Assembly (NCBI RefSeq): GCF_009914755.1 | Contig: NC_060926.1 | DNA: 64,000 nt | DNA from: the human T2T-CHM13v2.0 reference genome, Homo sapiens | Strand: one strand, 5' to 3' | Shown: piece after piece, positions 43,464 to 56,089 of the stretch | Layout of the letters: the number at the start of each line of letters is the position of its first letter | Position numbering within the stretch: position 1 is the first letter of the stretch | The notes under the pieces: generated by a model | What the model was told of the DNA's origin: nothing | What the model saw: the letters and a program-made list of their open reading frames with translations, nothing else | Database searches by the model: none | Translations under genes and position numbers: made by a program

Positions 43464-44035
43464 TGTATTAGCTGTCAATTTCTATGTAACAAATTATCCC
43501 AAATCCTAGCAGTTTAAAACAAAGGACGTTTATTTTTTTGCATAGTTTCTGAGGATCATGAATGCTGAAACAGCTTAGCTGAGTGATTGTGGCACAGAGT
43601 CTCTCAAGCTGTTGGCCAGGCCTGCAGGTATCTGAAGGCTTGACTGGTCTGAAGGCTTTGCTTTCAAGCTCACTCAGATGGCCATTGGCCAGAGGACACA
43701 ATTCCTCACCATCTGTGTCTCTCCGTAGGGCTGCTCATAACATAGAATCTGGTTTCCCCAAAACAAATTATTCAAGAAAGAAAGGGAGCATCAAAAATGG
43801 ATGCTTTTATAACCTAATCTTCTATAACCTAATCTTCTATAACCTAATCTTTTATAACCTAATCTTTTATAACCTAATCTTTTACAACCTAATCTCTGAA
43901 ATGACATACCATCAATTCTGCTATACTCTTTGGATCACACCAACTAATTTTAGTGCAGAGTGGGAAGGGACCACAATAGAATGTGAATAGCAGGAGGCAG
44001 GGATCATCGGGGGCTATGTTGGAGGCTGGCTGTAA
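43464..44035 (-). mobile_element. MLT1-type LTR (antisense) containing a minisatellite
   Basis: tgtattagct...taacaaattatcccaaatcctagcagtttaaaacaa and ggagggatcat-type 3' motifs. Confidence 0.65.
43805..43894. repeat. 15-bp minisatellite, 6 copies (TTYTAYAACCTAATC)
   Basis: Units read directly at 43805, 43820, 43835, 43850, 43865 and 43880. Confidence 0.95.
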
Positions 44036-45406
44036 TAATGATAATGTCACCATCATTTAATATATTAAAATTTTTGTGGCTATTTCTGTACATATTTTTT
44101 CACATCAATTGTTGAGCATTCCTTGTCCACTAATTCTGTTTTATACAAATTCCAAAAAGTTTAACTTAATTTCAAATAAGAGTAAGTAATCTTTTACTTC
44201 AAATGCTACGCTTCTGTCTGACTTTTAAACATATCATAAAAACCAAGAACAGTGTAAAATCCTGAGGTCATAAAAATATTCATTAGCTTATATTTCTTAT
44301 ATAATCTTTCTCATCCATAATAAGCATAGAAATTTACAAATATAGACATATAGACAGTAAATGATGTTTCTTTTCTCTGACAAAATCAAGTGTTAATGGT
44401 TCCATTCTGATTTGCCAGTAAAAACAAAAGCCAGCTATAATGTTCAAGACTACTATTTGTGAACAGATATTTTTTTCTTATTCTCTGATATGTCAATACT
44501 CAAGCTCTCTCTCTATATATATATTTATATGCATTCCCTGACATATATGTGCGTAGTCGCCCACAGCAACATACACCCACATGTGTTAATTAGACATGAA
44601 TCAGTGGCACTTTGGAAAAATGAATGAGGTTTTCTCTCTGCCCAGCTGCAGTGGTTGGTTGCCATGGAAATGATGCAAAGTAAAACTTTCAGAAAATACA
44701 AATGTTCATGTGTCTTTATTGGAAGAGCTCATGCATTAATCAGAAAAGAAGAGAACTTTAATAACAAAACAATGCCAATATCCTAGTAACAAAAGCTGTC
44801 TGCATGTATCAAATACAATTCATTATCTCTTTTGCTCTGAACTTAAGTGAACTGCACATCAGTCTTCTCTGCACTCTGCAATAAGTAAACAGGTAGCTAG
44901 TTTTTAAATTAATGTTAGATTTCATCTTTAATTACTATATGCAGAGAGTTGATTTATGCTTCAGTAAATACTGCATAGAGTCAAGACTGACAGTTCTTTG
45001 CTTCCATAGATTGTTATTTCCGGAGTGCTTATCTGCCTTCAATACTTTCTGCTATCAGGTCTCAACCCTAATTAATGATAACTTGACTTTCCAAAGCCAT
45101 AGTTGCTTGGAAAGTAGACTAAAGAAATTCTTGCCAGTTTTGAAATTCTTTTCTGTCATAACATGTTGTTTATTCTTATGCATATAATTTTGTATAGGGT
45201 CAATTACAGAAAAAATGTAAATATATACAATATTTTTAAAATAAGTGAAAATCATCCATGAGCCATCAGGTAGCTATAAACATTAATAACTTTTTATATA
45301 TGTGCTTTTCTTCATTATTTTTACATATATCATTTAGAAGAAAAGTTGTATTCATATTATTTTATAACATTTTCATTTTTAATTTTTTCCAGGAAATAAC
45401 TTTTAG

Positions 45407-45768
<362 letters not shown>

Positions 45769-46387
45769 CTCCCTCATGTCATTTTTATCCAGTTGTGAAA
45801 ATTTATTTCTCACATGTTAGTCTGCTGGTTAATTAAAATGACTTTTATTGGATGGTGATACTTTGATCGTACCTGATAATACTATCTTAAATGAAATAAA
45901 AATATTTATTGATAGTTCTTGCTTTTTATTGAATATTAAGTGCAGTACAGCTCACACATTAAGTCAAATAAACTAGTGATTGGATAACACCTTAAAGGGA
46001 GGTACTTAAATATTTGCTACTGAACGTCTTGTTAATTTATTGATATTTTCAAATGGAGTCTCTTTCAATATCAATCAATTGAAATGTGATTTTACTTAAC
46101 AAATTTTGATTACATAAGATACGGATATGTTTCTAGTCTCTGATCACAGCCTTATGTTGTTGGAGTCTTGCTGTTCTGCAGCCCATCATCTGCTGAACTA
46201 ACATGCCCTGTTAGAAAATAGTTAATGCTTATGGGACTCAACTGTACAGTTGGTAATTACTTTCAAACAATACATTTTGTATATAGAGAAAGATACCAAT
46301 TTAGTCATCTGTTGCCCTCAGGGACAACACCGTCAGCGTATCTTCTCAGTTACGGTGATTCCATATAGGATTATTAAGAGTGTTCAA

Positions 46388-46652
46388 GGCTGGGCGTGGT
46401 GGTTCACGCCTGTAATCCTAGCACTTTGGGAAGCCGAGGCGAGTGGGTCACCTGAGGTCAGATGTTCGAGATCAGCCTGGCCAACATGGAGAAACCTCAT
46501 CTCTACTAAAAATACAAAAATTAGCCAGGCGTCGTGGCGGGCACCTGTAATCTCAGCTACTCAGGAGATTGAGGCAGGAGAATCACTTGAACCCGGAAGC
46601 GGAGGTTGTAGTGAGCCGATATCGCGCCACTAAAAAAAAAAAAAAAAAAAAA
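46388..46652 (+). mobile_element. AluS lacking the last ~38 nt before its A-tail, abutting the SNAI1 retrocopy
   Basis: Consensus stops at atcgcgccact (46631) and runs directly into poly(A). Confidence 0.92.
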
Positions 46653-48569
46653 GTAAGGCGGGCCCAGGCTGCTACTGCGCGAGCCCAGCCAGGCCCGGCC
46701 CACTTGCTCAGAGCGTGGCCTTAGGGGGAGGCACGCCTCCAATTGGCGCGAAAGTGATAAAGAGGCGTGGCCGGAAAGGTCCCACCCTGCTCCCCTGGAG
46801 TACTTAAGGGAGTTGGCGGAGCGGCTGCATTCATTGCTCCAAGGCTCGGCCTAGTGAGTGGGTCGCCTGCGCTACTTCTGCGCTACTCAGCGACCTCGTT
46901 GCCTCTGCGCTACTCAGCGACCTCGTTGCCTCGGCCACCATGCCGCGCTCTTTCCTCGTCAGGAAGCTCCCTGACCCTGATCGGAAGCCCAACTACAGCA
47001 AACTGCCGGACTCGAATCCAGAGTTTACCTTCCAGCAGCAGCCCTACCACCAGGCCCACCTTAACTCCACTGCTTTGCTGCCAACACTCATCTGGGACGC
47101 CTTCCTGGCGCTCCAAGCACAACCAACTGCCAGGGCCTCCCTCCAACTGAGACTCCCCCAAGAGAGTTTCAAGGCGGCAGAACTGACCTCACTGTCGGAT
47201 GAGGACAGCGGGAAAGGCTCCCAGTCCCCCAGCCCACGTTCACAGCCTTCTTCGTCTTTCTCCTCCACTTCAGCTTCTTCCTTGGAGGCGGAGGCCGATA
47301 CCACCTTCCCAGGCTTGGGCCAAGTGTGCAAGCAGCTGGCCCAGGTCTCTGAGGCCAAGGATTCCCAGTTTCAAAAAGCCTTCAACTGCCAATACTGCAA
47401 TAAGGAATGCCTCAGCCTGGGTGCCCTCAAGAAACACATCCGAAGCCACACGCTGCCCTTCGCCTGCGAAACCTGCGGGAAGGCCTTCTCCAGACCCTGG
47501 CTGCTGCGGGGCCATGTCCGGACCCACACTGGTGAGAAGCCCTTCTCCTGTACCCACTGCAGCCGTGCCTTCGCCGACCGCTCCAACCTGCGGGCCCACC
47601 TCCAGACCCACTTGGACGTCAAGAAGTACCAGTGCCAGGCGTGCGCTCGAACCTTCTCCCGAATGGCCCTGCTCCACAAGCACCAAGAGTCGGGCTGCTC
47701 AGGGGGCCCTCGCTGACCCTAGAGGCTCCCTCTTCCTCTCCCTACCAGACACCCTGCCCCCGCCAACCAACAGCCTCCCCAAGCTCCAGAAGGAAGGAGT
47801 ACACCATGTCCTCATGCCACAGAATTCCCTCCTGAGCGCCCCCATTTCTGGATGCATCAGCCGCACGGGACTTTGATGAAAACCATTTTCCGGTTCTGTT
47901 TCCTCTGCTGGATCCTTCAGTGGACTCTGAAAGAGGCCTTCCCGTGGCCATGTCTGTGGATGGCTGGCGGGAGGGCAGCTGGCAGCCCCAGCTTGGGGGC
48001 ATTCTTGAACTGGCTTTTCTGCATGTGTTTGTGTATTTAGAACTGTTTGGATACAGCTGTTTGAGCTACAGGACAAGAGCTGACAGACAGTGTCCACCCC
48101 AGTCAGGGGACCCTCCCCACTCCTTCCCCGAAGGAGCCCTCAGGCCACCCTCCGCGAGGTTTGACTATGCAATAATCCACCCCCAGTTTCAGCCATGGGG
48201 CCTTCGAAGGCGGTGGCTGACACCAGGACGTGTCAGAGCCTAAGATGCTCTGGGCCTGAGCAGCTATTTCAGCTTCCTGTTTGGTGTGGTTGGCACCTGT
48301 TTCCCAGGCAATTTAACAATGTCTCAAGAGGGACTGTAAGTAATGGTTGTCACTTGTCGGTGGCCTAAGTGGGGTGCTCTGGTCTGCCCAATGTATCTCC
48401 CAGAACTATTTTGGGAACCCAACAGGTAGGCCTGGGAGGAAGATGTTTACATTTTTAAAAGTACATTGGTACTTATATTTCATACATTTTGTATCAAGGA
48501 AACGTTTTGTATAGTTAATGTGTGCAGTTTATTGATATCCAATAAAGCAATTTGTGTATTTTTTAAAAA
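46653..48569 (+). pseudogene. SNAI1P1: Processed SNAI1 retrocopy (SNAI1P1 / SNAIL-like) in UNC80 intron 7, same strand as host
   Basis: Intronless Snail1-like coding sequence with 5' UTR, about 830 nt of 3' UTR, AATAAA at 48541-48546, vestigial A-tail and a flanking direct repeat. Confidence 0.95.
46940..47716 (+). CDS. SNAI1P1: Intact 258-aa SNAI1-like ORF (SNAG domain, DSGKGS degron, four zinc fingers); translation unproven
   Basis: [13 protein letters not shown] motif, three C2H2 fingers plus the terminal C2HC-type finger, TGEKPF linker, GCCACCATG Kozak, no frameshift or premature stop. Confidence 0.7.
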
Positions 48570-50167
48570 GAGTATTCAAGGAGTACCTGAGAATGTTGTT
48601 TAAAATAAAGATTCCTGGACCTCATCCTCTGAAATTCTGGTTTAGGAAGTCTGGGGCAAGACCTGGTGCCTGCGTTTTTAACAACCTCCCTCCTTCGTAT
48701 CCTTCTTGGAAGGAAGGATTCTCATGAACGTGGTTCATGGTTATCTCATATGGAGCACTGCTCTAGGGATTTGAAGTAATTTATGGAACTCCCTAATCTA
48801 ATTTACTAACTAGAAACATTTGGGGACTTTAAAGTGTGGGGCAGAGGGTAACGGGTGAAGAACAACTACCAGCTATTCCAATGGGGAGGAAATAATTTGG
48901 TCGAACTAATAATAACTGTCTTAACCACAGCAGCCTAGTCAAGAAAACAACAGTTTCACAGGCTCTTATAATAAATCAAATGATTTTCACAAAGCCTTGA
49001 GGACCTAAAATTACCCAGCTGGTAGCCAGCCAACCCTATACTTTGTCTTTTGTTTATAAATCCAAGATTACAGCATGGGGGTGGGGGGAAGGAAATCCTG
49101 TCATCTGAGGTATAAATGATAGGCTGAGAGGAGTGGGTTGCGTGCGTCATTCATCTTTAAGAAGGAGAAATGGGATGGGTGGGCGAAGGGAGAGCAGTGA
49201 AAGCCTTTTAGGAAATGGGTAGAAATGAAAATCAAAGTTTTTAGTTTCCTTCAAACTGGGTCTCAGGATACACAAGTGGCACTCAGGGTCTCAGGAGTAA
49301 TCAAGTGGCATGCTGGACAATTTGAGAAAATATTAAAACAGGGCTTTTTACCCAAAAATGTATTTGGGGCTGAGAGGCAATAAATCAATAACTGGCACAC
49401 CAGGGCAAGCATAATAGAGAATGAGTTTGGAATGGTAAACCCAGCCAGACTATTCAGGCCTGGTTCACTACTGTAAGGGAGCTTGCATTTTATTCTAAGG
49501 GGATTGAATAATATATTGAAAGGATTTGAGCCAGGGAGTGGAGGAATAAGAGGAAAAACTAGTAGATTAATAGGAAGTAATTGCAATAAGCCTGATGAGA
49601 GATGTTAGTGGCTAGAACTAGGGTGGTGTCTGTGGAACTGATGAGAAGTGGTTGGAAGGAGATTCTGTAAGACTTTATGATAGATTAAAAGTTGTCACAA
49701 AACGGATGTCCAAAGAATATTCTAGGTCTCTGGAAAAAGGATAAACTCTGGCATAGCATATACGGGAATTTAGGGATTGTAGAAGGCTTCTTTTCATATG
49801 ACTGCCAACTCACTTCTGTGTTTGAACTTCAGTTTATATTTATTTCCTACTTGTCAAAATATTCAAGAATATTAGACTGTAAGATAGCATTGAAATTCAA
49901 AACCATTGTGTACACAGGCAATTGTACCTCAATCCATCAGACAATGCTATTAACAAGAGAAAAAATAATAAAGTATGGTATGTGCTTCGATAGGGAAGTA
50001 GAAGAGCTGTAAAAATAATTTGCAGGGCACAGATACGGTTTGGATTTGTATTTTTGAACTTTTTACTGAAACCCACAGTCAGAAATGTATTTTACCAATG
50101 ACTCAAAACAAATGGTCATTAAGTGAGACAAAAGTTTCACCAAACATCCAAGTCCTTACTCCATAGT

Positions 50168-50494
<327 letters not shown>

Positions 50495-51715
50495 ACCATA
50501 GTTTTTATTCTAGTTAATAGGTTAAAATAGTAGCTGTGTCCTATGGAATTATTTTCTTGAACCACTAGTGAGCCGTAGATTTTTTAATTAAAAAAATATG
50601 AGCCTAAGAAGTTTAGGAAAATCCCTACTCACTCTCTGTGGCTGCGTTTTTTGTGAGAGCACTTTGTATGTGGGTAGCATCATTTGCTAGTTCATGGTAG
50701 GGTACAAACATCTCTCTTTTGCATCACCTAAATCAGAAGGAAATTGTGCTTGGGAGTTAAGTTTAGATTTTAGATTTAAGATACCATCTTGGATCCCGGA
50801 AGTTCTAAGTTTATATTTTGTCACTTATTGTCTGTCTTTCTTACCAGACCACATGTTCAAGGTGAGAAAGTTAAACTTACCTTTAAATCTGAATTTTGTG
50901 GGACACAAACATTCAATTTGTTGAACCTAAGATACATAGGATGGTGTATTAATCTGAGTAATTTCTTAAAACTACTTTGTAGTAGAATTAAATTGAACAC
51001 TAGGTAATGAATATATTATGTGTTCAAATTGAATAATAGAATCCCAGGAACTTGAGATTTTTAAAAAATTAGTCTTGCTCTCTTGCAAGGATATATAACT
51101 TTAGAATTTTCAAACTTATTTTATTTATTTTCCTCATAGCAAAACTTCTGTTTCTTAGCATTTTGTAGCTTTTCCTTAGTTATTTTACATAATATTTTCA
51201 CAACTGAAATTAAAATAGCTCAATGAAGTAGGCAAGGCAAATATCATTTCTGTTTCTATCAGGGTAAAAGTCAAACCTGATCTTAGCATAAAGGAAGCAT
51301 TTTAATCTGAACCTCATCTATTTCTATAGCTCTCACTCTCATCATTGTCCATCACCCAAATTACTCACCAATTACTTAGGGTCTCCCCTTCAAACTCGTG
51401 GTTTTTAAAATTCATGCCTTTGTAGGCATTGTTCCCTCTGACAGAAATGCTAATCCTCCCTCCTGCCCAAACCTCAACTTTGCCTTGCTAATTCCTATCC
51501 ATCCTTCAAAACTCTCTCAATATCTCTACTTTCAGGAGATGTTTAGTGAAAGTGGAATGAGAGAGACCAGTTGGAAGGATATTAGAGTAAACTACGTAAG
51601 AAACAAGTAAATGAATAACTAAACAAATGAGAAAAGTAGAGCTATAAGCCATGCTGTGCTGCCCCTCTGAAAGCTTGATTGTCAGTATAATTATCTTCTT
51701 TCTGCCATGGAACAG

Positions 51716-51977
51716 GGCCTCTCTTGTGATACCTCCGTGCCAAAGGTCCCGCTATGCCACCTACTTTGACGTTGCTGTTCTGCGCTGCCTACTTCAGCCC
51801 CATTGGTCTGAGGAAGGCACTCAGTGGTCTCTGATGTACTATCTACAAAGGCTGCGACACATGTTGGAAGAGAAGCCAGAAAAGCCTCCGGAGCCAGATA
51901 TTCCTCTCCTGCCCAGACCCAGGAGTAGCTCCATGGTGGCAGCAGCTCCCTCACTAGTGAACACCCACAAAACCCAA
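51716..51977 (+). CDS. UNC80: UNC80 coding exon 8 (262 nt)
   Basis: aacag|G acceptor, CAA|gtaaga donor; ASLVIPPCQRSRYATYFDVAVLRCLLQPHW...VNTHKTQ. Confidence 0.96.
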
Positions 51978-52359
51978 GTAAGAAAAACCCGGTTCATTGT
52001 CATTCAAACCAGCAACTTTGCCATAATGGATTCTTTTTTTCTCTGTGCATCCAGCTCTTAGGTACTCTAGTGCTGACTTTTTGGTTGGTGGGTTACACTG
52101 TTGCTATTATCTTTTCCCTTCCATCTTGCATGCTTGACCCTTTGCTGGCTTTAGCACTTAATCATTTGAAGAAGTGCACCTCTTGCACATGCTAATTTAG
52201 TATAAGTCTTTGTTTATCTGGAATAGTGGAAAATTGGGTCTTCTGGATAATCAAAGTAGTAATTAATAGAGAGTTCTGACATTAAATCTGTTGATTACCA
52301 ATATCATAAAATCTGTAACATAGGATTTTACTAAACGTGATGTAACCTCTTTTGCATAA

Positions 52360-52726
<367 letters not shown>

Positions 52727-53393
52727 TGATAGTCTTGCTATTTATTATAAATGTTTAGAGAAGTAAACTGAATGTGTACTGATATGGTGATATCTTCATG
52801 GCAATTGCTTTTTGATAAATGAATGACCTAATACCAGCTTGAACACTTGTTCTTGCCCTCTTTCTCGTCAACACCAGGTGTTGAAAATGTAGAGAAAAAT
52901 GTGACTTGTAGTGTGTTCCAGTTGTTTGGATTTACTTAAATGTGAATTGGCTGAGTCTGAAATTTTTTTCTGCATATTCTGAAAACAAACATGAGCAATA
53001 GCAGAGTTAAAAGGAAATATAATCTGTTTTAGTAGTAGATATTCTGCCTAAGTGGATATCTGCTTTACTGAATCATTCAATGGAAAAAACAAAACAAAAC
53101 ACTCTTTTTAATTAAAAAAAAAAAGAGAGATCCATCTTCTCTCTATTTTCTTAGCATTCTAAATCTGGGGCTACATGACCTCACTACTGAAAACTTCAAA
53201 CAGAAATTACAATTAATATGAAATATATATTCTCACTAGCAGAATTTGGATTCCAGAAGTCCAGACATACAAGTTCAATTGTTCAAAGATGTCAAAGCTA
53301 TAGGCGCATCCCTATTAAAAATGTGACATTTCAATAAGAACAGTATTTGGATGTAAAGTCCTAAGTCCTTGATCACTGTCTACCTTTATTAAG

Positions 53394-53528
53394 GATCTCA
53401 CCATGAAGTGTAACGAGGAGGAAAAATCTCTTAGCTCTGAGGCCTTTTCCAAGGTTTCACTGACCAATCTGCGTAGATCTGCAGTCCCAGATCTTTCTTC
53501 AGACCTGGGCATGAATATTTTTAAAAAG
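53394..53528 (+). CDS. UNC80: UNC80 coding exon 9 (135 nt)
   Basis: tttattaag|GAT acceptor, AAG|gtgagt donor; DLTMKCNEEEKSLSSEAFSK...GMNIFKK. Confidence 0.95.
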
Positions 53529-54624
53529 GTGAGTAGAAATGCTTATGCTCTTTGATATTTTGGTAAATAAAAAATGTCAGTGGGACATGAGATGTTTCTG
53601 ATGATACTGCAGTATGGGGTGAGGTGGGAAAGGGAACTTAGAAACCGAAGTCAGCTCCTAGATGTGACACTGACTTGCAGCATACCCCTGTGCAAGTCCC
53701 TCTGTGTGAATGAGTGAACTTCCTATTCTAAATGCTCCACAGGGTTGTCATGAAGCTCAATTCTGATCATATGCATAAAGCAGTGTAAAGTAGTGTGGTG
53801 GTGGAAGTAGTTGTGGTAACGATGATGGTAACTTTCAACTCATTTTTGGTTCAACTCATTTTTATCAAGTACTTTATATAAATAGTTCTCATTTAATCCA
53901 ATGACATCCTTATTCTCCTCATTTTGCAGGTAAGAAATTGACCCTTAGAAATTTTAGGTAGTTTGCCCAAGATTGAGTCCAAACTCAAAAGTAGGTCTTC
54001 TAGTTAAATACGTTATATTTTTCTGCCATTACTCTGCCTCTCTTTTTTGTAAGTAATTGGAGATAAACAGAAAATAATATGTGTAGACCTGTGTATATGT
54101 ATATATATAGTGGTTTGCTTTCTCTTTTTCAAAACTGTTAGTTTAGTTATGCCAACAAAGAACACAGAACACGATATTAACTTATTATGAGCTGAAAGTG
54201 TTGCTAAGTAAGCAGTTTTCTGCCTTTGTTAATGATGCAACAAAAGACAATGGCTATCAATTTTCTTAAAACATTGATCATTTGAAAGGAAAAAAGTGGT
54301 TTTCAATACAGGCTGCATATGATAATTTTTAAGGAGCTTTAAAAAATACATCTTCAGATTCAATCCCAGACCAATTAAACCAGAATTGCTGAAGGTAGGC
54401 TAAGGAATTGTTATATTTTAAAAGCTTCCCTAGCAGTTCTAAACTTTTAGTTGCACTTGGTTTTGAACTTGTTTGGTAGGAATGATGGGTTTGTGGCAAT
54501 GTATGGTCTGTATCTTCTTTGACTCTTCTTACGAACAGTGGCGCACATTTAAAGTTGGCTAACTGAAACAATGGATCACCATCATGAAAAATGGAACAGA
54601 AAAAGAGAGGCTGGTTCAAGTAGT

Positions 54625-54815
54625 GACTCTAACCTTGTGATTTGCAAACTTTAGTGTGCATCAGAATTACCTACCAGACTTGTTAAGACACACATTGCTG
54701 GACCTCAGCTTCTGAGGGTCTAATATAATATGTCTGAGAATTTGCATTTCTAATAAGTTCCCAAGTGATGCTGATGCTGCTGGTCCAGGGACCACACTTT
54801 GCAAACCACTAGTCT
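54625..54815 (+). mobile_element. MER5A-like element (others at about 23155-23335, 48590-48765, 54300-54440)
   Basis: gcatcagaattacct...gaatttgcatttctaataagttcccaagtgatgctgatgctgctggtccagggaccacactttg. Confidence 0.75.
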
Positions 54816-55045
54816 AACCAAACCCAGGAGAAAGGCCCACGGAATACATGGCCTTTTACTTAGTTTCTTTCACTCTTTTAATGTGAAATTTCTCCCATTT
54901 TTATTGGATGATATTCAGTGACTTTCTGGGTCTTCTCTTCCTGGCACATTTCTTGTATTTTACTGCAGATCATGGAGCCCCTTGGGAAGCAGATTGTAAC
55001 CTTTTCTTTGCCCTGTGCCTAATTCTACACCTCTCATCACTGTAG

Positions 55046-55262
55046 TTCAAGAGCCGCAAAGAAGACCGAGAGAGGAAAGGCTCCATTCCATTCCACCACA
55101 CAGGCAAGAGGAGGCCACGGAGAATGGGAGTGCCCTTCCTGCTTCACGAGGACCACCTGGATGTGTCCCCCACGCGCAGCACATTCTCCTTTGGAAGTTT
55201 CTCTGGGCTGGGAGAAGACAGGCGAGGAATTGAGAAAGGAGGCTGGCAAACCACCATTTTAG
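55046..55262 (+). CDS. UNC80: UNC80 coding exon 10 (217 nt)
   Basis: ctgtag|TTC acceptor, TTAG|gtgacc donor; FKSRKEDRERKGSIPF...GGWQTTIL. Confidence 0.95.
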
Positions 55263-55948
55263 GTGACCACAAGGCCTTCCAAAATAGGGCAGAGTTTAAG
55301 TGACCTGTTTAGAACTGGATCTAGGGCTTCTGGGCAAATCTGAATCTTTCTTGAACAATTCAGCCAAGAAATTTGGGGCTCAAATTCAGGTTCTCCAGTA
55401 CCAAAATAATGCTGTGTTTTCACAGCCAAATAAATCCAGATAATTGACGTAATTATGCAAGAGTTCTGTGAAATTGGACAGGTAACAATCTTATTTCTTA
55501 GATCATTCTAGACAAAGAAACATGGCCTTAGGGTGCTCTGTGCATTAATTTCCATTGTGAATCTACACAGCAGATTTTTATTAAACTTGGATTTTTTTTG
55601 AAAAAAGCAAAGCAAAGGAAAAAAAATATATATATTATATATATTTTCTTTCTGGATTGCATACTAAATAGGCCAATTTAAAATTGGGAGCTGACAGCTA
55701 GCTGGGCCACAACAGACGGTTTCTGACATTTGGCTAAGATTGGGGCTGACCTTATCACAGGCAGCTTCATCAATCATCCTGACCCTGAATATCCCCATGG
55801 CAAGTTCAGTTCTTGCTTTTTTTGTCTGTGTTTCACACTTTTCCTAACAGCCCCACACTCTCCCTGCTGTCCTTGGGAAAGACAATATCTTGGCAGAGTA
55901 ACTTTCAGATTTTAAAACCCTCTTGTGGGGTGCTCTTATTCATCCCAG

Positions 55949-56089
55949 GGAAATTGACCCGGCGAGGCAGTTCAGATGCAGCCACTGAGATGGAGAGTCT
56001 GAGCGCCAGGCATTCCCACTCCCATCACACCCTGGTAAGCGACCTGCCGGACCCCTCCAACAGCCATGGAGAAAACACCGTCAAGGAAG
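55949..56089 (+). CDS. UNC80: UNC80 coding exon 11 (141 nt)
   Basis: tcccag|GG acceptor, GAAG|gtgggt donor; (G)KLTRRGSSDAATEMES...ENTVKE. Confidence 0.95.

Noticed and set aside
46940-47716. Calling this the SNAI1 gene itself
   Set aside because: No introns, many substitutions, retroposition hallmarks and location inside a UNC80 intron.
46767-48243. Alternative-frame and antisense ORFs over the retrocopy (e.g. 47199-47876, 225 aa)
   Set aside because: Shadow frames of a GC-rich coding sequence with no recognisable domains.
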